64,000 bases of DNA from Nageia nagi (Eukaryota; Plantae; Pinophyta), in contig JBITNC010000001.1 of NCBI GenBank assembly GCA_050084985.1, positions 147,622,001 to 147,686,000 on the forward strand, given 5' to 3'. Below are positions 52,827 to 64,000 of the stretch, in pieces (within the stretch, counting starts at the first letter, position 1; the number at the start of each line of letters is the position of its first letter). Below the pieces are notes generated by a model, which was given only the letters and a program-made list of their open reading frames with translations, did no database searches and was not told the DNA's origin. The position numbers were made by a program, and so were the translations under genes.

Positions 52827-54905
52827 CTGAAATTTAGCGAAGTCAACAAGAGAACTTTTTAGGTGCCATCTTTTTACAAAATAGTTATTTTTCATTAGAA
52901 TCTCCAAATGCAAAATTTGTAAACAAGCCAAACTCATCCCAATCATTCCAATAGCCATTAACCTGATACTTCCCTCAAAACTAGTTTGACAGAATGATTC
53001 ATATGTTTGATTTTAAGCCACTTAATTCTTAAAGAACAAGAAAGATAATAGAACAGAATGCAAACATTTTAGCTCATTAATATGTATTATTTGATCTCAT
53101 GTAAACATCTATGTCATGCAATTTTCTGATGGGATTTCCAGTTCTAGAAAATTTAAACTTATGGACAATTTCACCAGAAGCTGTGCCACCACGGTTTAAA
53201 TGTTTTAACATCATTTGTCTTGCTAGTTTTACTCAGCTTTAATTATAGTGTATCCATGACTTGGTGTAAAATCCTTGAAACCTGATTAATCAAAGATGTC
53301 TAACCACACTACTCTAGCATTATTGAAACTTGGAACCTTAAACAACCTATAGGTTGTCGTGGAAATGAAAGTTGGTTTGAGAGGGAAGTATCCATTAAGA
53401 GGAACTTGTTTAATTTCAGGCTATAACAAATTCATTAGAAAGTTGGCAAGCAAGTGAAATGCGATTACAATCATTAACTATTCTGTGTTCCTCATCATTT
53501 TGCTTTTGCTATTTCTTCATAGCCTGAATAAATAGATTTTACAATATCTCTAGTTCATGCAATAAGGGCTCTCTTGAAAATAATCCTAGAAAGGGTTTAT
53601 AAGCCATTGATCTATGCAGTCATTCTCTCGCAATTTTTATCTGAGCTGTTTGGGTAGAACAAGCATTTCTTTCATCTTGCAATTGTTCCTGTGCCAGCCA
53701 AAAATTTCCATGGGCATATGGTGGCCAACATTCATGATGGACACGGGCAGCTGAAACAGAAAGGGACTATCCCCCTCTTCTGGTGCAGATAACAAGGAAC
53801 CTTTGATCTGGCAGTGGTTAACAAATTGTGTAATAGGATTATCATATTGCTGGGAATGTAATATTTCCGAGTTCTCTAGATTGCAAGAGCATACCTTCAC
53901 TGTAAGTAAATGTCCTCAACATTATATGTCTACTCAAAGCTTGTAGGTGTGTCGGTTGAGATTGTGCCATTGTGATAAGGTGCAAACTAATAATTTTCTA
54001 ATCTGAGGCTTTTTCTTTATCAATAGAAAGATGTTGGGAACAAAACTTTTATAGTTAAATTCCCACTTGTGTGGTTATAATACGGTTTTAAGATCTGTTT
54101 ATTTTCAAGTTTCATCACTTTGATGTACTTTTTCTTAAACCCTTGTGAGATGAATCACATCCATAGTAGCATGCACAATTGATATTATTCTGCTAGCCAA
54201 TCTGCTCACTCCATATAATCTTTTGACACCGGTTTTTGAATCTAATCCCAACCTTGTAAATGGTCTAGGAGAAACAAACTACTTGTAACTAGATTTGTAA
54301 ACGGAACTTGAACACAAATATAACTACTTGCATCACAAACCAGGTGCATCCTGCGAAGTGACGGTGTATCAGATGTAGAACAAACAGTCTTTTGGTGAAT
54401 CAATCAAAGCAAACACAAAATCACCAGCCAAGTGATCTAAAATATTGCATACTACAATAAGTTTCCATAAACCCATTAATTCCTCTCTACTCTCTCTCTC
54501 ATTTAGCTAGAATTCTATACATATTTTATTTGTGCTTGCTGTTCTTTGGAAATGTGATGCCTGGCAAGTGGTGAGCTGGGTAATGTCAACTCAGTAGTAC
54601 CTACTGTTAGCAATGCCCTGTCTTACTTCTTTATACAGGCAGTGAAAATTAGAATTGAATATTTACTGCTGTAATCCATTATCCTTGCCAGGGTTAGCAA
54701 ATTTTTAGTGCTAATATGTGAATATTGTTGAAGTTTTGCGAGTGCACCCTAAAATCTGGGATTTTAGGAAAAAAAATTATTGAAATAAAAGTTTATATGC
54801 TAATTGAAAACAAAAACAGTAAACACAAACTGCTTAAATTCCTAAAACCCACAAACATTACCAAACAAAACACATGTAAATAAAAGAAATTGGACTTGTA
54901 CCCAC

Positions 54906-55503
54906 CTCCTAGAAAGATATATGGAAGGCGATGGGCGTCACCAATGTAGACAGCATCAGATATTATACCATACACTGGCTTGGCCACCATGGGCAAGTTC
55001 ACTGTATGCTGAAGTAACTGCAACGCCCCTGGCTTCAACTTCAATCTGTCCTTCAAGTAAAAATTCATTGCCAACCACGGAAATCCCCTGAACCCCTGAA
55101 GCCAATATCCTACCGCCAACAACACCAACAATTCTAACCCATATTTTTTCTTCATTCTCCACATCCATTTTCTCCATGACAGCACTAACATATCCCTTCG
55201 CCTATGCGCAAGTTTCCAAAGCGGGATAACACCCTCTGTTGCGATAGTATTACGCATACTGGAAAAAGAGGCAAGAGAAGAAAAAAGAGGATTTTGTGGG
55301 TTTGGTAGTTGAACTTTGTTTGATAGAGGTGGTGGTGTTTTGATGTGTAAGTCTTCAATGTTGGCATTGCAGCAAGAAGTTGTGGGCAACCTTCGATTTA
55401 GTTGAGATTTAGAGATCCGACAGAGAGAGAGCTTGTGGGTATTTTTGTGGGAAGAAATATTGAAGAGGAGGATTGATGGTCCTTGGGGCAGATTCTGCAA
55501 CAC
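54906..55503 (-). CDS. BT1-family folate/biopterin transporter, exon 1 (start codon uncertain)
   Basis: GYWLQGFRGFPWLAMNF..LPMVAKPVYGIISDAVYIGDAHRLPYI, with donor GGAG|GTGGGT at 54905. The open frame extends to GTG 55503; the first in-frame ATG is at 55257. Confidence 0.9.
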
Positions 55504-56885
55504 CCTTGCATCGAATGTTTCCTTTCCTTCGCTCTCTTTCTTTCTATGGGAAATTTAGTTGCTTGTTACGTTGGCATGGGCTTGCTCTGGCCTTGGGTGC
55601 GGGGAAGATCGTGGAGAAGACTCTGGAAGCTTACGGTGCATTCTTTTGAGAGTCCAATTTATTGTTGCCCACTTCGTTTAAAGCGGAAACCTGCATGTAG
55701 AAGTCATTCTCATGGGAGGTGAACAACATGCTCAAGTCATCGGAGGATCTCAACCTCATTTTGTCGGGTATGTCGGTAAATTAGCAGAGGTCAAGCTGAC
55801 CGGGTAAGAGCTGCTTCCGTGGAATGGTGACGTCGCAGTCTTCCATTAATGGTGATCCTCATTCCTCAACATTCAATTCAAAGCATTGAACTCATGTAAT
55901 TTGCTTGAATATGAGGAAAACATGTGATAAATCAAAACAGCTTGGCTGAATTTAGATCATGATTCTTTGAAAAAAAAAAGGAACTTTGTAAAAATTTTAT
56001 GGTAATTGAAGAGTCTGTTTAGATAAAATCTCCTTAACAAGAGAATCAAGTTACGAATAAATAAAAAATATTATAATTCTATAAATGTTATTATGCTTTT
56101 CAAGTAAAGATTTTTAGGAGATGAGAATATATGTAGAAGTTCATAAAGTAATCTTAAATGAGTTAATTTTCCCTAATGATTTATAATTTTCAAAAAGTAA
56201 CAAAGGGACAAATCTAAGAAGTTATGTGACTAAACTAAGTTTCATTCTTGAAGGAGAAGGAATGTTAATAAATAAAAATAATATCTTAGGTATCTACATT
56301 AGATCCCTTTTGAGATGTGTAGTATTAAATGTGCACTAATATATATCTAAAAAAGAAAGGACATTAAAAGATGGAGAAGAAAGATTAGTGACCAACAAAG
56401 GAAGACATAGATGAAATCAAGAAGAATAAAGATAAGTGATCGAAAAGAAAAGTATAATGCAATCTCTTAGGTAGGGAGAGGAAGGAAGGTTATATTTGAG
56501 AACTCATGAAGCATAAGAGTGTGACCAAATAAAGGGGTAAAAGTTTTGAAATCTATTATAAATAACATAAATTAAATTGATTTTGACTATTTCATTACCA
56601 TTTTAAGTTTTTAGATCTTTTTTATGTCCATTAATTTATATTTACCATGGTATGGTAAGTCATGTTCTTTAATATCATCTTATTTTATAGAATTTAATAT
56701 TGAGAAATTAAAATCAATATTAATAAATGTTGTTATTTTTTTTATGAAAAAGACTTTCTATTAATTTAAAAAATATTTTTCATACAAAAAGGTGGGTGGG
56801 ATTTGCACAACCTTAATGTCATACCACCAAAATACAAAAATGATCAATAAATAAGAAAAACACGTCCACCAAGAGATATTGTTAC

Positions 56886-59800
56886 TGTAGACACCCAAAT
56901 ATAGCACCATGCATTACATTTGGCATAACCCTCTTTTATCATTAACATACTAGTTTTATTTAGCATTAGTCAGGCTTACGTTGTCAATTTGATTTCATTT
57001 AATGATGCTTTGTCAAGAATAGTTTATTTGCTTATCATAATTAGTTTGCAATTAATATTTTTCATATTAAATGCTTATTTATAATAGTAATTTACTTTGG
57101 AAATCACAATTTATATTTGTCATATTTATTGCATTTTGATCATAACTTTATATTTGGAAAATACGATTAACATTAGTCATGTTAAACGTACTTTTGATCA
57201 TAGTCAAATACTTTGAAAAATGTAATTAAATTCAGTCACGTTTATTGTGTTTTCGATCATAATCATATACTTGAAAATTATAATTAAACTTAGTCATGTT
57301 TATAGTGTTTCGATCATAATCATTTAGAAAGGGTAATTAATATGAATCATATTAATTATATTTTTTATCATAGTCATTTCTGGTTAAAGGGCAATTAAAC
57401 TTAGTCATGTTTATTGTATTTTAAACCATAGTCATTTATTTGAAAATTGTAATTAACATTAGTAATGTTATTTATGATTTTGATCATAGTCATTTATGCT
57501 TAAATTATAATTAACATTAGTCATGTTGGTTATATATAATCATTTACTTTACTTTGTCAAACATGAATTAATTAAATAGCTTAAATACTTACTTTATGAT
57601 TAAATAGCTTAAATACTTACTTTATGTTATTAATGTTTGTCACATTAATATGGCTAATTTATTTATTATTTATTAGCAAAAAAATAGCTGGATAAAATTT
57701 ACACCTCACCTTGCCATGTCATTGATGATTCATCTAGTAGGAAGGCAAGAAAATCTAAGACTCTAGTTACAAATTGATGAGTCATTGCTTATGCTCCAAA
57801 TAAGCTCAACAAATAAGAGAAGAAAATGAATGACTATATTCCCAATTTATCTCAAATCAGATGAGATCAAATCCTATGCAAATCTAATTTGAATTTAATA
57901 AGCACCAATCAATAAATAGTTATCTTGGATTGAAATTTGTATGGATTTTGAATTCAAGATTTTACATGCCACAAAAATCTATTTAAGTAAGTTCACGTCT
58001 CAATTTTTGGGCTGGTAACTTGTGCAAACTTTAAGCTTCGAATTTGTTAATTCCTGAGACTTAGAAGTGGTGAATTTGAAGGCTTTCACATTCAACAATA
58101 TTCTACAGGCCTCTGAGAAGAGGATTTGAGAGTCCTTGGCCTTAGGGTAAGCTAAGAATCAGTCATTCCAAGCATTATTCCTTGTATATGACCAAATACA
58201 TACCCATCATGCTTCTTGACCTTCTTTTCATATTTTGCTTCTACAGTAGGCTTATTTCATCCTGTAATCATGATTGAATTTCATACTTTATCTTTTGTGC
58301 TTATAGATTGAGAAATACCTAGGATCCCCATGTTTTGATAAACAAACATCGTCGTGTTTCCAGAAATACCTAAGGTTACCATGTTTCCATACTAAATACA
58401 ATTTGGTAAGATTTTGAAGTCATCTCAAGATCCATTCAGTTGAAACAGGTATCATCATTTAGAAAATGGCATTATTAGGTATAATTTAATATTTGTTAAC
58501 ACCACCTTGAGCCATTTATGTTCTCTTAATTTGAACTTAGTTTTTTTGGAAGGATGGCTTGAGAGAGTCTCCTTAGTGGTTTTGATTCAATATTTTGTTG
58601 TAGTTTATGCTTATAGGGTCTAGTCTAGCCTAAACTCAAACTAATATAAGTTCAGATCTAAGTGATTATGAAAGGGATCACTTTTATTTGAAATATTTTA
58701 GCATGCCAACCACCCATTGCACCATAACTACCTCCTAAACCACCACCACCAACCAATCCATTCCCTATCCAAACCAAAGCCCAAGTTTAAGGTAACCAAC
58801 CAAACCAAGATCACCAAGATCGAAGAGAGACTATATCCCACTTCATGATTCACGTTCTAATATCTTGAAAAAGTGTTTAAATGCATAAATAATTACACTT
58901 CCTGATATTAGACATGAAGATCCTAATATTATAAAACCTATTTGGTACAAGGAGAATGATTATTGTACTTTCCATAGAGAAAAAGGCATCAAACTAATAA
59001 GTGCTATCACCTTAAAAATGTGATCCAAGATTTGATTAAAAGAGGGGACGTTGTTATAGATAATCCACTTACACCCCTAAACCAAAATTTAAATATTTAT
59101 AAGGATCCACTTCCAAGGAAAATCAAGTTGATGCAAATCAAGTGAACTATGTTAATCCTCCTTTTATGCATTATTTTATTGGTATGATTCATGTTGTTAC
59201 AAGGAACAAAAAATGTACCCCTCCAAATCAAGATGCCTCAAGTTCACAACAAACTCAAAAGCATAATGATTCTATAGGAATTCAAGGTCCAAGAGGTCCT
59301 ACTCATAGTTAAAACCAAATATGTCCTGTAGTCACAATCAAGTTCAATATTACCCAACAACTCAAATCCTTACCCATAAAGATATCCATTTTTTATTTAC
59401 TTCAAACATCAAAAGCTCATTGAGATGCACTTATGGAAGTTTTAAAATCCATTTAGGTGAAAGCTTAAGATGTGTAAGCTTTTACCAATTTTGTGGGACA
59501 TGTCCAATCATGTGATTTAGGTGCTATAACTTTTTATGTAGATGAGATTATTGAGTCATGATTTCTTGGACCTCATCCGCTTCTTTTCATTATTGCTTTT
59601 ATGGAGGGCCAAAATTTTAAAAGAGTTTTGATTGATAATTGTTCAAGTTTAAATGTTATTTTTAATTTAGCTTTGAACCATCTTAATATATCTCAAAGTG
59701 AGAAATTGTGCCTTTCCATTGTATTTGCAACATGTAAGTTGAGACATTATATTCTAAATCATAATACTTATGTTGTTACTAGAAATGATTGTTTGAGATA

Positions 59801-62200
59801 CTTGATGAGCCATGCATATATAAATTCAAGAACATCTAAATGGATAATGTTATTAACTGAATATGACCTTGAGTTTGTGAACTAAAAATATATAAAAGGT
59901 TAAGTTATTGTTGATCAACTTGCTAAAGCTCCTTTACATGATTCACAACCTTTTTCACTTGACTTTCCATATGATTCCATTTTTGTCTTGATTGAAGATG
60001 AGGAATTTGTTGACATTGAAGAGGACCTTGACATTATCATTTTCTTTGATGGATCCAAATGTGAACAAGGAGGTGGTGCTGGTATTATTTTTATTACACC
60101 TCAAGGAGCACCAATCCCTTTTTATTTTAAACTCAAATTCCCTTGCGCTAATAATATGGCTGAATATGAGGCCTTTATCCTTCGTATCCAAATTGCAATC
60201 AAGATAAACTTTAAGAAAATTAAAATTAATCAATGATTCCCAACTTATTATTAATCAAGTCCTTGGAACTTATCAATGCCATAATAAGGTTTTAAATAAG
60301 TATAAACTTGTTATTGAAAATTTCCTCTTACATTTTGATAAGTATACCATGGAATCTGCTCCAAGATCCACCAATAGATTTGTAGATACTGTGGCTTCCT
60401 TAGGTTCCCTTATTCCATCCCAAGATAATCAAGATAAATTCATTGTGCACATTACTACTTTTCATAGCCCCTCTTACATTGTTGGACCCATCATTAATCA
60501 AAATGAAGTTGACAATGTTAATCCTTGGTATGCACTTGTGAGATATTTCCTTAAGCTTGAAATTAGCCCCCAAGATATGACTAAAATTGAAAGAAGATGG
60601 TTTAAACAAAAATGTGCCAAATACACATTGTTGTGGGATATTCTTTATAAACATGGATATGAAGGTATATTTTTAAGATGTCTTGAACCTAATAAAATTC
60701 CCCTTGCTCTATCTCAAGCACATGATGGTACATGTGGTTGTCACTTTAGTGGCATGGTAATTGCAAAACATTTGGGATACTTTTGGCCAACACTTGAAAA
60801 AGATTGTATTCAAGATGTTAAAAAATACATTGTCAACAATTTGCAAATCTTTAGCACATCCCTTTTTAATACCTGCAGTCTGTCACAACCATTTGGCCCT
60901 TTTCATAATGGGAGTTGGATCTTGTTAGCCAAGTGTATCCCAATTCTTCACAAGGTTATAAATTCATTCTCACTGTAATTGAATATTTACTAAATGGGTA
61001 GAAGCCATGCTCCTAATAGAAGTAAAAGGACTTAAAATTATGGAGTTTATTGAGATAAAGCTTATTTGTATATTTGAAATCCCCTCCAAATTGATCATAG
61101 ATAATGGAATTCCCTTTAAAAATAAGGATGTTAAAGCTTTGTGTGATAAATATAATATTCAATTAAGTTTCTCAACACCTTATTACCCTCAAGCTAATGG
61201 AAAAGAAGAAGCCTCTAATAAGAACATTGTTAAAGCACTTAAATTTTTTGTTGGAGAATCACAAAGGGATGGGCATACTAAACTTTCTTATGCATTGTGG
61301 GCATATAGAATAAGCATTTGAACACCTACAAGAGTAACACATTTTTTCATTAGTTTATGATGCTGAAGCTATTTTTCCTATTGAACTTGAAATTCCATCC
61401 CTTCATATTTTTTTGCAATACTTTATTGGTGATACTACATACAGATAAGATAGGCTTGCTCAACTTGATTTACATGATGTGAAATGTATAAGTAACCTTC
61501 AGCATTTGAGAATTTACCAAGAACATATCAAGAAAGCTTATAATAAAGGGTAAATTATCATGAATTTGAAGTTGGTAACCTTTTCCTAAAGAAAAATTAG
61601 CAAAATACAAGTCAACCAAAAGTAGAAAGAGAAAATTTTGCACCTAATTGAATGGGTCCTTACAGTATAATCAACAAGTATGGTATAGGAAAATACAAAT
61701 TGGTAACCTTGGAAGGTTTTGAAGAACTTGAACCAATCACTATCATTCACCTTTGACCCTTCTACACTTAGACATCATTAGCAACCTTCAAAATATTCAA
61801 AAACTATTTTGCTAAAAGTAATAAAAAATAGAAAATACCAAAAAAGTAAAACATGTTAAAAGCACAAAAACAAACATAAAAAATAAAAAATAAAAAAAAG
61901 TCTTTCATATCATGTCTTTTTTCATCAATCATAATCCTCCCTTTGTCTTATCTTAGCATCATGGAAAGGTTTTCAAGAGCTATAGCAAGTAGCTCAAGGT
62001 TTTTTTTCATTTATTACCTATATTGTATCACCACTTTAGATCATTGCATTTGGAGTCGATACTTAGTGTTTTTTCATTTTTTAATATCATCCTACCTTTT
62101 AAGGGTGCATGAGAATCACAAGTCACTCATCTTCTATCCACACTTAGTCTAGTCATGTCCACTTGTAATTATTTCATCACTACTTGTATGTTTATATCAT
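56886..62200 (+). mobile_element. Internally deleted gypsy (Tat-like) element: LTR, partial gag, PR fused to RNase H, additional RNase H, integrase
   Basis: LTR TGTAGACACC..AAATACA (56886-58400). WYKENDYCTFHREK, RVLIDNCSSLNV, EKLCLSIVFATCKLRHY, FDGSKCEQGGGAG..NNMAEYEA, HDGTCGCHF and STPYYPQANG. No RT. Confidence 0.9.
57105..57530. repeat. ~60-bp degenerate tandem repeat within the gypsy LTR
   Basis: About 7 units like TAATTAA(A)CTTAGTCATGTTTATTGT.TTTTGATCATAGTCA. Confidence 0.85.
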
Positions 62201-63245
62201 CAATCATGACATGGACAATTGGACATTATCTTGTACCTAGTTCGATATGGAGCTAGAGCTGAAGGATTTGAACTAGATCTAAACAAATCCTCTAGGACCT
62301 TAGACTAGGAAACTCAAGATAACACATCTATAATTCTAAGAACATCATTCACACAATATGACACCAATATAATGTGGTTCCTCCCTCCTTGGGAGTACAT
62401 CCACAACTAGCTCTCTTATTCTCAAATCTATGTCTCTCTTACAACTATTCTCTAGCTCTCTCCTACACAACCAAGTAGAGTAATCTTACTCAAAACTTAG
62501 ATATGTTTACATGAGGAGAGGCCCTCTATTTATAGGTAGAGAGCACCTCCCTAACCTTCCTTTAACCCAAGGGTAAGGTTAGGGTTACATTAAATGTACC
62601 ACCAAACTTCAACCTACCAACTAACTCCTTTGGTAAAGTCAAAGTCTATACATTAAAGAATTCTATTAATCATTTAAGGTATCTACATACCCTTAAGTGA
62701 TTAATTGAATTTACAAGGAGTCTAGATATTCACAATATTTCATTACAAATTCTAACACTCCCCCTTAATGCAATATTGGGATAGAGCGTAGAAGAGAGAA
62801 GAGAGAGAGTAAGAGAGAGTTCTCCTCCATAGAGATACAAGTGGAGATGAGAACTTTTACATATTTTTGAGAATCTTTTTGAGAACTAGTATGAGACTCA
62901 CTACATTACCATTTGACAAAAATGGTTTACAATACAATCATTAACCACAACTGGTTTCACTGTACATAGTAGTCGATCAACTTTAAGCTGACATGTGAGT
63001 CTCCATGAGCTTGCTTTCACAAGGTGAGTAACCTGCATTTCTAAAGAAGATCCTGCATGCTACAAGCAACTCATGAACAAAATCAGTTAGATGCATCATA
63101 TATTCAAATAAGAGAATCAAATAATGCCATCTTATAAATAACTGATCAATGGTGCACTATAAGCCATCACGGAGATGCCAAGCCATCACTCATAGTCACC
63201 TGTTGTATATAGACATGTGTTGATTTTAAAATAGAGCATAAAATT

Positions 63246-63490
63246 GTACAACGAGTTTCTCACGCAGAGCAAACTCACCACGGAGGTATAGAATGTACAA
63301 CAAGTTCGTCACGCAGAGCGAACTTACCACGGAGGTATATTAATTATATGCTCAAAATTTGTACAAAAAGTTTCTCACGCAGAGCAAACTTACCACTGAG
63401 GTATAAAATAATCAACACTCTATAACAACAATTGTACAACAAGTTTGTCACGCAGAGCAAACTTACCACGGAGGTCTAGAATGTACAATC
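63246..63490. repeat. Four 45-bp repeats with variable spacers in the copia 3' UTR
   Basis: GTACAACAAGTTTCTCACGCAGAGCAAACTTACCACGGAGGTATA-like units at 63246, 63295, 63361 and 63434. Confidence 0.93.
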
Positions 63491-63534
63491 AAAAAAGGCC
63501 TCTTAGAGGTGAAGTTGTCATCACTAACAAAAGT

Positions 63535-63999
63535 TTAAACTTCACTCCCCCTTGAGGGCAACTTCACCAACCCTAGAGAAGCCCTAAGCTTGCAGAACTG
63601 AGCTTCAGGAAGGGGCTTGGTGAACAAATCAGCGGAGTTGTCAGTAGATGGACAATACTGCAAGTGTATGATGTCATCTAGAACCTTCTCCCTGATAAAA
63701 TGAGCTTGGATTTCTACATGTTTGGTTCGCTGATGGAACACAGGATTCTTAGCCAAAGAGATAGCCGATTGATTATCTGACGAAATAAGAGATGGGCCAT
63801 TTTGCGTATACCCAATTTCGTTCAGAAGATGTCTTAGCCAAATAGCTTCTTGGGCGGCAACAGACATGGCTCGATATTCGGCTTCGGTGGTAGAAAGAGT
63901 CACAGTAGGTTGCTTCTTGGAAGCCCAAGAGATAGCACCTGAACCAATGCTAAACACATATGCAGAGGTTGATTTTCTGTCATCTCTATCTCCCCCATA
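63535..63999 (-). CDS. Copia pol C-terminus (RNase H), partial, open
   Basis: [63 protein letters not shown], with no stops. Confidence 0.92.
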   Translation of the reverse strand, partial: YGGDRDDRKSTSAYVFSIGSGAISWASKKQPTVTLSTTEAEYRAMSVAAQEAIWLRHLLNEIGYTQNGPSLISSDNQSAISLAKNPVFHQRTKHVEIQAHFIREKVLDDIIHLQYCPSTDNSADLFTKPLPEAQFCKLRASLGLVKLPSRGSEV

Positions 64000-64000
64000 A

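Larger units (their letters stand above)
62260..64000 (-). mobile_element. Younger copia element (3' end), relative of 30472-39492; runs off the window
   Basis: 3' LTR at 62260-62757 and PPT AAGGGGGAG at 62758-62766. The 3' UTR is colinear with 38180-38987. RNase H frame is intact. Confidence 0.93.

Noticed and set aside
63246-63490. CRISPR-like repeat-spacer appearance
   Set aside because: Spacers are irregular (4-28 nt), there are no cas genes, and the array sits in a plant copia 3' UTR.

Overview
AT-rich, transposon-dominated eukaryotic genomic DNA from a large-genome land plant; the repeat families look gymnosperm-like, which is inference. One apparently functional gene is present: a two-exon BT1-family folate/biopterin transporter on the minus strand (51649-55503), whose transit-peptide-like N-terminus has no in-frame ATG. 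The first 13 kb hold gene debris: a transit-peptide-like first exon, four spliceable but disabled exons of a DDX27/RH28-type DEAD-box helicase, and a C-terminal HpcH/HpaI aldolase fragment. The helicase and aldolase pieces lie in an 8.8-kb block bounded by an exact 22-bp direct repeat. The rest is Tat-type gypsy remnants, a complete but decayed copia element (30472-39492) with a younger relative at the right edge, a purine-rich tandem array, and a cluster of non-LTR elements at 41-50 kb. That cluster contains an L1 flanked by a ~1.7-kb duplication and two RT-less retroposons that share a 3' tail motif. No rRNA, tRNA or CRISPR array was found. All homology calls come from motif recognition by eye, not from database searches.
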